Positions 7,377 to 16,897 of a stretch of 57,313 bases of DNA are shown here, one piece after another; position 1 is the stretch's first letter; every line of letters starts with the position of its first letter. The translations under genes were made by a program, and so were the position numbers. The notes under the pieces were generated by a model. That model did not search any database. It saw only the letters and a program-made list of their open reading frames with translations, and was not told the origin of the DNA. The stretch covers positions 1 through 57,313 of the IMG/VR virus record IMGVR_UViG_3300033053_000010. One strand, given 5' to 3'. The stretch is from a virus (Duplodnaviria; Caudoviricetes).

Positions 7377-7583
7377 TTAAATCTGTATTTTAGGCACATT
7401 CGTAGTTTCTTTAAAAATATATAAATGCACCGTACACCCATCATCATTTAATACTATGTTACTATCAATATAATCCTGATTACCGACTAATTGTTTATGA
7501 ATATTCTCTAAAACCCTACCGGCTTCTTCCTGGCTGTCATTTTCAATTATTATATGTTTATCACCTTTTCCAACTAAGTTCAT
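7377..7583 (-). CDS. Hypothetical protein
   Basis: ORF with GGGAG RBS, in operon context. Confidence 0.65.
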   Translation of the reverse strand: MNLVGKGDKHIIIENDSQEEAGRVLENIHKQLVGNQDYIDSNIVLNDDGCTVHLYIFKETTNVPKIQI

Positions 7584-7600
7584 TTTTTATTTCCTCCCTT

Positions 7601-8461
7601 TTATATATCAAACACTGATTCTATCTCAGTAAACTTTTCAATCTCTTTCATACCAATTTCCTGAATCTCTTTTAATGACGTCTTTAATGCTTCAATTTTA
7701 GCTTTTACACCATCAATCTTAGTGTTGTACTCCGCAGCCAATTTAACCTTCTCTTTCATAACCATATCTTTATCGCTATATAATCTATCACCTATTTTAA
7801 CACCATCAGCATTCTTAATATAAGTGCCATATTCGCCTTCAACTTCTGTAGTAACTCTAATCACCTTTAAACTAATCTTTTTTTCTGGCCCTACTGTTTT
7901 TCCAGCTTCTTTTTCATTAATGTTCTCCATCTTTTTCTCCTCTACAACAACTTCTTTATTAATTATAGGATTAACAACGATTGGTCCAACATTTTCCGGA
8001 ACCCTATCTGTTTCTTTACGATATTCCATATTCTTACACTCCAACCATAAATCTGATAGCTCAGCAAATGGTAAATTGAATTCGTTCTTAAGAAGTTTTA
8101 GACCCTTAGCCTTAGCCACCTTAGTGTTCATAAGTTTTATTATTTTACCTTTAATTTCTTTTCTTAGTTCCTCATTATCAATCATTTTTATACCCCCGTT
8201 TTTTTCATTTTCTAAAAATTCCCCGTAATCAACCATATATTCTTTAGTCTTTGTAATAACATTTTTAATATCATGTATGGTGACTTCTAATACATCATCC
8301 AACGCACCAATCATACACATGTCAGATATCACGTTCATCATGTTGTTATTTGAATTTATTTTATCATTTATTATTCCATATATCATTTGTTTCTTATCTT
8401 CTGCTAAACTATTGAACCATTGCTCCAAACGATCCATCTTTCTTTTTTCTTCTCTACCCAT
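7601..8461 (-). CDS. Hypothetical protein (286 aa)
   Basis: Long ORF with GGGG RBS; no recognisable motif. Confidence 0.75.
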   Translation of the reverse strand: MGREEKRKMDRLEQWFNSLAEDKKQMIYGIINDKINSNNNMMNVISDMCMIGALDDVLEVTIHDIKNVITKTKEYMVDYGEFLENEKNGGIKMIDNEELRKEIKGKIIKLMNTKVAKAKGLKLLKNEFNLPFAELSDLWLECKNMEYRKETDRVPENVGPIVVNPIINKEVVVEEKKMENINEKEAGKTVGPEKKISLKVIRVTTEVEGEYGTYIKNADGVKIGDRLYSDKDMVMKEKVKLAAEYNTKIDGVKAKIEALKTSLKEIQEIGMKEIEKFTEIESVFDI

Positions 8462-8516
8462 TACTTATCCCCCATATGTCAAATAAAAGATAAGAGGCCT
8501 TGTTAGGGCCCCTACC

Positions 8517-8870
8517 TTATTTTAATACTCTCATATCCTCTAGAATATCAGATAAACGTTCTCCACATTTTTTACGTCTGTCAATTATTATCCATTCTTT
8601 ATTTGAAAGTTCTCTCTTAAGTCTCCAATAATGACCTAGACTTCTGTCATAGCAATATAATTCTTTTAGATCTTTAGTCTTACGTAACGTTATATGTTTA
8701 CCTACCGTCTTTATAATCGGTGCAGCAATACCTATAACTATTGGCGTTAAAACTATGATCGCTTCTTTATTTTCTATGACCCAATCCTTGCCATCTTGAA
8801 TCTTCTGTTCGACCCTCCATTTTAAATCCTGAAATTTTTGACTTTCATAAATATCTTTTATGTTTCTCAT
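8517..8870 (-). CDS. Cassette protein with a central hydrophobic segment
   Basis: ORF flanked by promoter 8902 and GGCC hairpin/T-tract at 8481-8513. Confidence 0.75.
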   Translation of the reverse strand: MRNIKDIYESQKFQDLKWRVEQKIQDGKDWVIENKEAIIVLTPIVIGIAAPIIKTVGKHITLRKTKDLKELYCYDRSLGHYWRLKRELSNKEWIIIDRRKKCGERLSDILEDMRVLK

Positions 8871-8901
8871 TTTTTCATTCCTCCTAAATATGATTATTTC
8901 T

Positions 8902-8926
8902 CATAATAGGCGGTGTATAGAATGCG
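8902..8926 (-). promoter_or_regulatory. Promoter-like motif, copy 11
   Basis: CGC ATTCTA TACA CCGCC TATTAT ^GAGA. Confidence 0.8.
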
Positions 8927-8930
8927 AATA

Positions 8931-9041
8931 CTATCTTCTCATGTATCTAAATAATATCCATAATAACCATATTCCACCAGTTATCCAAGTCATAAATAAA
9001 TCAAATAGAAAACTACCTAAACCATAACTTCCTTTACTCAT
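8931..9041 (-). CDS. 36-aa membrane peptide
   Basis: MSKGSYGLGSFLFDLFMTWITGGIWLLWILFRYMRR; AAGGAAG RBS. Confidence 0.6.
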   Translation of the reverse strand: MSKGSYGLGSFLFDLFMTWITGGIWLLWILFRYMRR

Positions 9042-9078
9042 TACAATACACTTCCTTTCTTTATCTACATAATAATTA

Positions 9079-9645
9079 TTATTTGTTGTCTTCATTTATT
9101 AATTTATCCAACCTTTCGAATAAGACCACCGTAGCGTCAACATCATCTCTAGCAGTGTGTCTATCTTTTGTTTCTATTCCGAAATATTTTATGGCATTCT
9201 CTAAACTTGCACTCCTAATATCAATAGAATCAGTAACCATTAAAAATTTTAGGATACTACACGTATCTAATTTTCTATGCGATACATAATCCGAAAAATT
9301 ATAATTATTGTCTCTAAATAGTTTAGCTATAAATTTGTAATCAAAATCAACTCCGTGTCCGGCTACGATTGGTTCGCAATCAATAAAATTATCCTTTATA
9401 ATTTTTATTATCTCGTCGACAACGATCGCCTCATCTGTTGCTATGTCATGATGTTCTATTAAATTTATATTATTAATCTTTAGAGCTTGAGCAGAAACGT
9501 TGTATACATCATGTCTAACTGCGAAATCTTTCTTATTTATTATTTTTCCATCTTCATAAACAGATAGAGCTATTGTTAATAATGAATGTTTTTCGGGATC
9601 TAATCCGCCAGTTTCAACATCCATAAATAATAATCTTTTACTCAT
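9079..9645 (-). CDS. DEDDh 3'-5' exonuclease (DnaQ-like)
   Basis: DVETGG, GHGVDFD, LDT and HTARDD motifs. Confidence 0.85.
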   Translation of the reverse strand: MSKRLLFMDVETGGLDPEKHSLLTIALSVYEDGKIINKKDFAVRHDVYNVSAQALKINNINLIEHHDIATDEAIVVDEIIKIIKDNFIDCEPIVAGHGVDFDYKFIAKLFRDNNYNFSDYVSHRKLDTCSILKFLMVTDSIDIRSASLENAIKYFGIETKDRHTARDDVDATVVLFERLDKLINEDNK

Positions 9646-10013
9646 TATCTTTCACCTCCATATATTGCTTTACCATAATGTTTATTTAAAACTTCTTTTA
9701 TATCATCGATTAGTGCCTGGGATATTTTATCAGGTAACACAAAGACGTTTTTTTCTCCAGGTCTCGCCATATCAATAGGTATTTCAACCACGCCATCAAA
9801 GTCTGAACCAGCTAACAAACCTTTTACTATATCAGATGATCCCTCGGCATATTTAACCCAAGTATAAGTGGGCGCATGATATTTACGCCCATCGTCTGTT
9901 AAAACCTTAGTTTGTTCTTCACATGTAGTTGGAGTATAAAAGTTTAATACTGTACCCACCACTCCACTATCAGTACAAAGAACTATATCTCCTATACCAA
10001 AATCCCTATCCAT
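9645..10013 (-). CDS. Hypothetical protein (N-terminal SH3/KOW-like beta segment)
   Basis: IGDIV...GVVGTV pattern; GGAGG RBS. Confidence 0.65.
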   Translation of the reverse strand: MDRDFGIGDIVLCTDSGVVGTVLNFYTPTTCEEQTKVLTDDGRKYHAPTYTWVKYAEGSSDIVKGLLAGSDFDGVVEIPIDMARPGEKNVFVLPDKISQALIDDIKEVLNKHYGKAIYGGER

Positions 10014-10110
10014 TATTTTTTACCTCCTTCAGTATACTATCAATCCTACCGTACACACTGTTACAATTACATATAAACCTAATTCAACCCAATCGAAAAA
10101 TTGCATGTCG

Positions 10111-10263
10111 TTATCTTTCATCAACACGTTCTCCTTCATACATTTTAGTTGGTATTCCAAATTTTTTAGCAGCAAATTCTATTTTAGGGCATTTCTTCAT
10201 CCCTTGTTTATAACAATACATTCCTAATTTGCACTCTAAACATTGTTTGAATATCACTTTCAT
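10111..10263 (-). CDS. 50-aa Cys-rich protein
   Basis: MKVIFKQCLECKLGMYCYKQGMKKCPK...; starts just after the upstream stop. Confidence 0.5.
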   Translation of the reverse strand: MKVIFKQCLECKLGMYCYKQGMKKCPKIEFAAKKFGIPTKMYEGERVDER

Positions 10264-10264
10264 T

Positions 10265-10504
10265 TTAGTATATCCTCCTTTTTCTGCCATTAGCCATGTT
10301 GATTAAAGATATGGGTCCTTCAAGTTCGTAACCATTATTTTCGAGAATTCTTTTTATAGTTCCAGCCATATGTTTATATTTGTTATTTTCTCTGCGTTCA
10401 ACATCAGCATTGTGTTCCCTCTCAATTACAGCATCCACTGTTGGATCTGCATATCCACTTCCATTATGAATTACGTGTCTTTTACCCATTTTACTAACCC
10501 CCAA
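10265..10504 (-). CDS. Hypothetical phage protein (NGSGYADPT motif)
   Basis: ORF in operon context. Confidence 0.65.
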   Translation of the reverse strand: MGVSKMGKRHVIHNGSGYADPTVDAVIEREHNADVERRENNKYKHMAGTIKRILENNGYELEGPISLINMANGRKRRIY

Positions 10505-10508
10505 TAAT

Positions 10509-11324
10509 TTATTTATAGTTTTTTAATATTTCTAACGCCCTATCCTTAGTAATTATTTTATCTTTACAATCTTTATGTTGATACTGATTTTCAGGACAAT
10601 AACCCAACACCTTACAATTAGGTCCAGCATATTTGAATAGATCTGGCGCAGCAGCTTTACATAAACTCATCATTTTAGTAGCCATATCCCTTATTTCAGT
10701 TTGGGCATTCTTACAACACCTAATAGTAAACCAATCCATTAGTGAATGTGCATTCATTCCTATAATAGCTTTAAATTCAGTTGCCTGAGGTTTGATATAT
10801 CTAAGTTCCTCTTCTTTCTTTCCATATTTAACACCTGTATCATACCAGCACTCAACCATTTTTAAAATATCCATTGCATCTATGTTAAGGGTAACCGAAT
10901 CTATATTTATAAATTCTTCTTTGAGCGATTTACCATTTGGAAGTATTACGTGTCTAGCATCAAAGCCCTCAAATTTTGAAAAGAAGTCCATCACGTCTTC
11001 TGGGACAACCACATCAAATGAACGTTTACCATCTTTCTGAGCCCTACCAGTCTTAATGATATATGACGCTAATCTCTTTCTTACTAATTGAACCTCAGTA
11101 GATCTAGCATAACCCTCAACGCCAAATATAAAGTAGTCAAACTCAACGGCAGCTTTGTGTCCACTGTTAATAATATTATCTACTATGTTTTTATCGTAAG
11201 GAGACGATATTATATCATCCAAACTTTTTTCTGATCTAACAAATCTTGCAGCTAAATCCGTATATATTTTTCCGCCTCCTGCAATTAATACAACCTTACC
11301 CTCACCAACATTTTTTAAATTCAT
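10509..11324 (-). CDS. thyX: Flavin-dependent thymidylate synthase (ThyX family), divergent signature
   Basis: SGHKAAVEF, QLVRKRLASY, LRYIKPQA, MNAHSL..WFTIRCC..AQTEIR and C-terminal GPNC...CPE. Confidence 0.8.
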   Translation of the reverse strand: MNLKNVGEGKVVLIAGGGKIYTDLAARFVRSEKSLDDIISSPYDKNIVDNIINSGHKAAVEFDYFIFGVEGYARSTEVQLVRKRLASYIIKTGRAQKDGKRSFDVVVPEDVMDFFSKFEGFDARHVILPNGKSLKEEFINIDSVTLNIDAMDILKMVECWYDTGVKYGKKEEELRYIKPQATEFKAIIGMNAHSLMDWFTIRCCKNAQTEIRDMATKMMSLCKAAAPDLFKYAGPNCKVLGYCPENQYQHKDCKDKIITKDRALEILKNYK

Positions 11325-11325
11325 T

Positions 11326-11643
11326 TTAACACTCCTCTTTATTTTTTTCTAAAATATATTCCATTAATCCATAACCATCACATATGTTTTTGCTATTTCT
11401 AGTTATATAATAAGTAGACTCGTCATCAAAACCGAAACAACCTTTAGCTCTCAAACCTCTAGTATAATTAACATTTTTTCTTCCATAAGGAATCACTATA
11501 CATTTTATTATTAAATTCTTAGTGTATATCTTATGCTCCAACAACATAATAGAACAATGAATATTATTATTCCTAATTTTATCGGCTAACTCTATAAAGT
11601 CCTGAGTCGAAGGGACCCGTACCAGTATAAGTCTATCATCCAT
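11326..11643 (-). CDS. Hypothetical protein
   Basis: ORF with AGGAG RBS. Confidence 0.65.
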   Translation of the reverse strand: MDDRLILVRVPSTQDFIELADKIRNNNIHCSIMLLEHKIYTKNLIIKCIVIPYGRKNVNYTRGLRAKGCFGFDDESTYYITRNSKNICDGYGLMEYILEKNKEEC

Positions 11644-11655
11644 TTTGTTAACTCC

Positions 11656-12219
11656 TTAATCTTCAAACACAGAATATAATAAATCCTTTTGTATTATGTC
11701 AAATATAATATCTGCTGTTTTGTCAGAATCATTATTCTTTATAAGATAATCGAATTCACCATCTAGTCTAAATCTATTAAAATCATTTTGCTCAGCAGTT
11801 ACCCTTTTAGCAAACGACGTCTCGAAATCACTTCTGGTGCTACATCTCTTTATTCTTTCTCCTAGTGGTACATATAAACCTATAATAATAACATTAAGAT
11901 CATCTTTTTTATAATTTTCTCTAAACCATCTAACTCCGTCAGGATTAATAATATAGATGTTGACACCCCTGTTCAATTGATCAGCCTTGGCACAATATCT
12001 AACGTCACCAGTCTTAGTATATGCTATTAAATCGTCTCTCTCTTCTAATTTATCCATACCTGCTTCAGATATAAACCAATGATTTTTACCATCCATATCA
12101 GAGTCTCTCATCGCTCTAGTAGTATAACTAACCACTTTAGGGTGTGGTAATTTATTAGCGACTGTATCTTTACCTGAACCAGTTTCCCCCACTATAAAAA
12201 CTAATGTTTTCTTTTTCAT
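11656..12219 (-). CDS. Guanylate-kinase-like nucleoside monophosphate kinase
   Basis: P-loop GETGSGKDT and SYTTRAMR motif. Confidence 0.85.
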   Translation of the reverse strand: MKKKTLVFIVGETGSGKDTVANKLPHPKVVSYTTRAMRDSDMDGKNHWFISEAGMDKLEERDDLIAYTKTGDVRYCAKADQLNRGVNIYIINPDGVRWFRENYKKDDLNVIIIGLYVPLGERIKRCSTRSDFETSFAKRVTAEQNDFNRFRLDGEFDYLIKNNDSDKTADIIFDIIQKDLLYSVFED

Positions 12220-12238
12220 AATAACCCCCTAGTAAATA

Positions 12239-12266
12239 TAAAAAGAACGAGTCTATATAAGACCCG
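12239..12266 (-). terminator. Type 1 terminator variant
   Basis: CGGGTCTTATATAGACTCG + TTCTTTTT. Confidence 0.6.
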
Positions 12267-12269
12267 AAC

Positions 12270-12509
12270 TTATTTTGATTCTGTTTCTTTTATGAACTCA
12301 CGTATAACGTGTTCTATTTCTGCTTTAATAAGAGCGAAAGGTTTCATACACATATCCCGCCTATTTATCATAAAATTAAACATCTTGTTCGATTTCTTAA
12401 ACGATAATACATAGGAATCACACGGATCATTATTAGTCCATATAAAACCAATCTTATTAGTCTTACACATATCCATTATTATCTTTTCCAAAAGATCAAA
12501 GTTATTCAT
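12270..12509 (-). CDS. Hypothetical protein
   Basis: Start moved to ATG 12509 after GAGGAGG. Confidence 0.6.
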   Translation of the reverse strand: MNNFDLLEKIIMDMCKTNKIGFIWTNNDPCDSYVLSFKKSNKMFNFMINRRDMCMKPFALIKAEIEHVIREFIKETESK

Positions 12510-12530
12510 GTTGACCCTCCTCAACAATTA

Positions 12531-12695
12531 TTAGCGTTCCACTTTAACAACGTTCCAACCGTCTTTATGGTTTCTTAAATTACCACTAATACCAACTGAT
12601 TCTTTTTTAAAATCAGATATAGAATTTTTAACCTCATCAAATCTTCTATAAGCTTCATCTCTTGAACCATTTTCCAATATCATTATTTTTCTCAT
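12531..12695 (-). CDS. 54-aa hypothetical protein
   Basis: MRKIMILENGSRDEAYRRF...; fills an operon gap; AAGGGTG RBS. Confidence 0.5.
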   Translation of the reverse strand: MRKIMILENGSRDEAYRRFDEVKNSISDFKKESVGISGNLRNHKDGWNVVKVER

Positions 12696-12714
12696 TTCTC
12701 AACACCCTTTCTTT

Positions 12715-13119
12715 TTATTTTGTTATTACTTGTAATATTTTAGAATTGATAATCATTCTCTCACAAATAACACAAGGTCTTACTTTATCTGGATCTATCT
12801 CCTCACCATTTTCAAAACCAACTAAATATAAAGTCGAACCAATTAAGTCTCTTCTAGATGCAGACAACATAGCATTCTGTTCGGCATGTACTGCTCTACA
12901 GGATTCATATTCTTTACCGTGAGGTATATTATTTTCTTTTCTCCAACAATGACCAATATCACAACAGTTCTTATGACCACGTGGTGATCCATTATATCCA
13001 GTAGCTATAATCTCGTCATTCTTTACTATTACTGCTCCATATTGTCTTCTGATACATGTACTACGTTTAGATACAGCCTTAGCTATACCTAAATAATACT
13101 CGGTCTCAGATATCCTCAT
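12715..13119 (-). CDS. dCMP deaminase (ComEB/CDA superfamily)
   Basis: RSTC.RRQYGA, TGYNGSP, HAEQNA and PCVIC zinc motifs. Confidence 0.9.
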   Translation of the reverse strand: MRISETEYYLGIAKAVSKRSTCIRRQYGAVIVKNDEIIATGYNGSPRGHKNCCDIGHCWRKENNIPHGKEYESCRAVHAEQNAMLSASRRDLIGSTLYLVGFENGEEIDPDKVRPCVICERMIINSKILQVITK

Positions 13120-13120
13120 A

Positions 13121-13273
13121 TTACGCCTCCTCATAATTAATTGGTTTGTGTGAGTTTATATTTGCCGGTGTACTAAGACAATCGTGACAAGGATCCTCGT
13201 GTTCAGCCTTTGGTTGATATTTACATGTTTTGCAGTACACATTAAAATATACTTCCTTAGTTTCTGTTTGCAT
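13121..13273 (-). CDS. 50-aa CxxC...CxxC zinc-binding protein
   Basis: MQTETKEVYFNVYCKTCKYQPKAEHEDPCHDCLSTPANINSHKPINYEEA; GGAGG RBS. Confidence 0.65.
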   Translation of the reverse strand: MQTETKEVYFNVYCKTCKYQPKAEHEDPCHDCLSTPANINSHKPINYEEA

Positions 13274-13275
13274 TT

Positions 13276-13446
13276 TTATCCCTCCATAAATTTAATTATT
13301 TTATTAACTTCTGTTCCATCAGGGTAACTACAATATTTATGTTGATCACCCATCCACGATATTCGTTGTTTATCTATATCGTCAAGAATTAACATTATTG
13401 GTTCTACATTACTATCGTAGATCTTATCTCCAATTTTAACTTTCAT
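13276..13446 (-). CDS. 56-aa hypothetical protein
   Basis: MKVKIGDKIYDSNVEPIMLIL...; AAGGAG RBS. Confidence 0.6.
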   Translation of the reverse strand: MKVKIGDKIYDSNVEPIMLILDDIDKQRISWMGDQHKYCSYPDGTEVNKIIKFMEG

Positions 13447-13451
13447 TCAAA

Positions 13452-13646
13452 TTACTCCTTATTACATATCGAAAATATTATTAAAGCCGCAATTATTAAT
13501 ATTGGCCAAATAAAGATAATCAATATACTAGTTATTATATTACTTATGATATTTATATAACCAACATGATTAGCTTTTTTATATGATCCAACTCCGGTTA
13601 ATAAACCAATACCAAAATAAATTATTAAAATTATCACGTTTGTCAT
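13452..13646 (-). CDS. Two-TM membrane protein (paralog of 29815..30012)
   Basis: Hydrophobic; shares IIY..G...G and IWPI motifs. Confidence 0.65.
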   Translation of the reverse strand: MTNVIILIIYFGIGLLTGVGSYKKANHVGYINIISNIITSILIIFIWPILIIAALIIFSICNKE

Positions 13647-13657
13647 TTTATCATCTC

Positions 13658-14893
13658 CTATTTAAAACTCGATGCGTATTTACCTTCGTTAAAATTCTTT
13701 TTACTTTGTAAAGCCCTAGCAATAGCTAGATCTATTTTTGATTTACTCTTCAGATGATAATAATATAAATCGGTGAATGGCGTATTAAGTCTATCTATCC
13801 TACCACGAGCCTGCTCTTCAATTTTGTATGAATAATTCTGAGAATAGAATATGATAGCATCGGTCTTAATACAATTCCAACCTTCTGCCCCAGCGTTATA
13901 TTGAACCAAATATATCCATTGCGGACAATCAGGTATTGGTTGATGTTTATGACCATTCCATTCCGCTATCTCTACTGTATGATATTTATTTAATTCATAC
14001 GATTCTTCTAAACTTCTTAACATCTCTAGTTCATAATCAAAGTTATAAAATATAATAACCCTTTTATGTTTTTCAAATATATCTAACACTTTATCTAATC
14101 TACTTAAATCGCTATTAACAACTTTTCTCAAAGTATAACATAATTCTGCAGCGTTAACTATGGGTTCATTTTTATAAGGATTCCATCTATTTTTCATAAC
14201 ATCTGCATATTTCATTTTTGGATAATCTGTAAATATATCTACGTGATGTGATATAGTCTTTCTGTTGAAATCCATATCTACTAATATTCTATTCCTTAAT
14301 CTAATAAGTCTACCAGTATTAATATATCTATCTATTTGTGGAAACTTACTAAATCTTTTGTATACAACGTGATCATCATTAAATTGTGTTCTATTTTTAT
14401 AAAAACCATTAGCGATGAATGCTGGAATATAGTCAGACCAACAATCACCCGGAGTAGCCGATAGTAATATCCATTTGTTATGTTTAGCTATTTTTAAAAA
14501 AGCTTTAACCCATGTTCCACTACCAATTACTCTTTGTTCGTCAAATATAAAGAAAGCATCCTTCACATCTGAATATTTCTTAATGTTATTCCAACTATCT
14601 ATAACAATCTTTTGTTTTTTATATAAACTTAATTCGGGATGACTGGACATTCTCCAAATAGGAAGTTCACCATGCCATTCGAGAGTATCCCTTTTTCTCG
14701 CTGTAGTTATAATATATAAGTCTTGTGGTTTTGTCATTTTTATTGGTTTATCTGAATATAGGTCTGCTCCGTTTTCTTTACAGAAATATGCTAGAGAGGT
14801 TCTAGATTTACCAGAACCAACTCCACCACATAATATACAACCGTTAGACATTTGTTCAACGGCTTTTAATTGGTAGTCATATAAAAGTTTCAT
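13658..14893 (-). CDS. Superfamily 2 (SNF2-like) helicase
   Basis: GGVGSGKS, FDEQ, SATP and QARGRIDR motifs. Confidence 0.9.
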   Translation of the reverse strand: MKLLYDYQLKAVEQMSNGCILCGGVGSGKSRTSLAYFCKENGADLYSDKPIKMTKPQDLYIITTARKRDTLEWHGELPIWRMSSHPELSLYKKQKIVIDSWNNIKKYSDVKDAFFIFDEQRVIGSGTWVKAFLKIAKHNKWILLSATPGDCWSDYIPAFIANGFYKNRTQFNDDHVVYKRFSKFPQIDRYINTGRLIRLRNRILVDMDFNRKTISHHVDIFTDYPKMKYADVMKNRWNPYKNEPIVNAAELCYTLRKVVNSDLSRLDKVLDIFEKHKRVIIFYNFDYELEMLRSLEESYELNKYHTVEIAEWNGHKHQPIPDCPQWIYLVQYNAGAEGWNCIKTDAIIFYSQNYSYKIEEQARGRIDRLNTPFTDLYYYHLKSKSKIDLAIARALQSKKNFNEGKYASSFK

Positions 14894-15081
14894 TTGTCTA
14901 CCCTTTTAGCAACGTTTATTAAATATTCAACTCCATCTATTTCTCTAATTCCACCATGTTCAGTATTGTATATTTTTACAAGTGTTTTGTCAGCCTTTGC
15001 GAATCCTATTTTTTGACCGATACACATGCCAACACCTAATGTTAACAATCCAGCTATTCCAGCCTTAATATATTTTTCCAT
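14890..15081 (-). CDS. Small membrane-anchored protein (paralog family A)
   Basis: TM segment plus IDGVEYLINV tail, like 3974 and 4484. Confidence 0.65.
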   Translation of the reverse strand: MEKYIKAGIAGLLTLGVGMCIGQKIGFAKADKTLVKIYNTEHGGIREIDGVEYLINVAKRVDK

Positions 15082-15094
15082 GTGTAATTCCTCC

Positions 15095-15580
15095 CTAGAA
15101 CATATCGTCCGTATAACCTTTATATTCTTTTAAATAATCCTCAAAAGATATATCTTCATCATCGTTATCTTCTCTTCGTTTACACTCTGCTTCCCATTCG
15201 TCAACCAGAGGATCAGAACCATTGAGCATATCTTCGAAATCCATTTCGTCTCTCAATCTTAAATCCTTCAAAATACCTTTAACTTTTGTTTTAAATCGTC
15301 TAGCTATTGGTTTACGAGACTGCATTAAAACTTCATATAAACCATATTCTGTTAGAAACCATTTATCCACAGCATTTCCACGAGCACTCGTATTATTGTT
15401 ACGAATGCTCACTAATCTTTTTTCATCCGGATCAACAGTTTTTAACATATGGGAAGTGTTACCGACACTATAATCCAAAAGTCTAGCAACATCTACTGCT
15501 AAGAATAATGGTTCGTCCTTAGTTCCATAAATATTTAAATCATGTCCCTGTACAATTATTTTTTCTAAAATATCAATCAT
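15095..15580 (-). CDS. Bro-N domain DNA-binding protein (antirepressor-like)
   Basis: IYGTKDEPLFLAVDVA...FLTEYGLYEVLMQSRKPIARRFK. Confidence 0.85.
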   Translation of the reverse strand: MIDILEKIIVQGHDLNIYGTKDEPLFLAVDVARLLDYSVGNTSHMLKTVDPDEKRLVSIRNNNTSARGNAVDKWFLTEYGLYEVLMQSRKPIARRFKTKVKGILKDLRLRDEMDFEDMLNGSDPLVDEWEAECKRREDNDDEDISFEDYLKEYKGYTDDMF

Positions 15581-15638
15581 TTTATAATCCCTCCATTATA
15601 AGATATACCTGACCCTTACGTTATAGTGGTCAGCTAAT

Positions 15639-15664
15639 AAAAGGAAAGAGTCTATGTAAGACTC
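15639..15664 (-). terminator. Cassette terminator, type 1
   Basis: GAGTCTTACATAGACTC + TTTCCTTTT. Confidence 0.8.
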
Positions 15665-15670
15665 TAATCC

Positions 15671-15931
15671 TTATTTTTGAGTTTTCTTTCTATGTTTTAT
15701 AACTTTACTAATTCCAATAACAGCACAAACACCTAACGCGCCGATAATAGCTCCTTTACCTATTGCTTGTTTCATACCCTCCATATATCCAGCGTTATAT
15801 TCTTCACAACACCTTTGTATAAGGTCAGAAACACCTTTAGCTCCAGTTACCATATCACCGTTCTTAAAATGTATTACACTCTCATCAGTTATTAAATCTT
15901 CTATAAAATTCACATTAATCACTCTCCTCAT
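15671..15931 (-). CDS. Cassette protein with a C-terminal TM segment (true start is probably a downstream GTG)
   Basis: ORF between promoter 15929 and its terminator; the annotated ATG lies inside the promoter motif. Confidence 0.65.
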   Translation of the reverse strand: MRRVINVNFIEDLITDESVIHFKNGDMVTGAKGVSDLIQRCCEEYNAGYMEGMKQAIGKGAIIGALGVCAVIGISKVIKHRKKTQK

Positions 15932-15953
15932 AAGAGTAAGTGTTTTTATCGCG
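15929..15953 (-). promoter_or_regulatory. Promoter-like motif, copy 12
   Basis: CGC GATAAA AACA CTTAC TCTTAT ^GAGG. Confidence 0.7.
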
Positions 15954-15955
15954 CA

Positions 15956-16360
15956 TTAATCTATGTTTTTTAAACCTGCCGGTATCCACATCTTAGGGTT
16001 ATAATTAAGAGTGTATTTATACTTATCAACATTCTTAATATTCTTCTGCTCAACAACATATGTCACATTGTCACTTAACCCAATAAAATGTTTTTGATAT
16101 GATCCATCTGAATTTTCAACAATTACTTCTAATTGTTTATCTGCTGTATCGGCTTTGATGGATAATTTACCTGTCATCTGAAATATAACATCTCCCTGAA
16201 TACAGTTAATTACTGTTAGTTGTCTAACGACGTTAAAATTATCAGCCTCCTGTGATAGATTTTGTGAAACCTTATCAGATTGTTGTCCAACGCATCCAGA
16301 AACAAACACGGTCAAAGTTAACATTACACCAACAATAATACTCTTTAATTTTTTATTCAT
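15956..16360 (-). CDS. Phage lipoprotein
   Basis: Signal peptide with lipobox VSGC. Confidence 0.75.
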   Translation of the reverse strand: MNKKLKSIIVGVMLTLTVFVSGCVGQQSDKVSQNLSQEADNFNVVRQLTVINCIQGDVIFQMTGKLSIKADTADKQLEVIVENSDGSYQKHFIGLSDNVTYVVEQKNIKNVDKYKYTLNYNPKMWIPAGLKNID

Positions 16361-16366
16361 ATTAAC

Positions 16367-16861
16367 CTACCTCCTATAATCGAATGGTTCCAACGGCTCC
16401 CCATCATCATATCCATTAGCGTATTTTCTAGCAAAGTCATCCTCGACTATAGATACATATATGTTTTTTAAATATGCTTTTCTACCAGTCTTACCGTTAA
16501 CTTCCCAATCATACGGTCTTATAGTCATATCAACATTACCTATTTCAGCATAATCCAAAGTTTCTATACTGTCAGCGTCCAGAGAAACTATATTTCTTTT
16601 TGTAACCATATTTACTTTAGGTGGGTTTGCACCATCCATATTTACAGTTACTTGTAGATAATGTGTAGGTTCATCATCAGGATCCCTAGGTTTTAACACC
16701 TTTATATTCCAACCATCATTAACTAAATCTTCAGCCATATTTGGATCATCTATTACAACTGAGAAGTTTCTATTTCCTTCTCTATTGAATTTATCCCCAG
16801 CTCCTGAAAAGTTCCTAAATATTATTCTCGCATTCTCAATTACTAAATTTTGTTTTGCCAT
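16367..16861 (-). CDS. Single-stranded DNA-binding protein (phage type)
   Basis: [10 protein letters not shown]...NFSV...KAYLKNIYV with an acidic/aromatic C-terminal tail; next to the replicase. Confidence 0.7.
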   Translation of the reverse strand: MAKQNLVIENARIIFRNFSGAGDKFNREGNRNFSVVIDDPNMAEDLVNDGWNIKVLKPRDPDDEPTHYLQVTVNMDGANPPKVNMVTKRNIVSLDADSIETLDYAEIGNVDMTIRPYDWEVNGKTGRKAYLKNIYVSIVEDDFARKYANGYDDGEPLEPFDYRR

Positions 16862-16897
16862 TTTTCATCCATCCTTTTTATTTATTTTTTTTAAATC

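Noticed and set aside
12215-12240. Additional promoter copy upstream of the kinase gene (TTATTATGAA)
   Set aside because: Lacks WACA and CGC at the fixed spacing; explained by RBS plus start codon.
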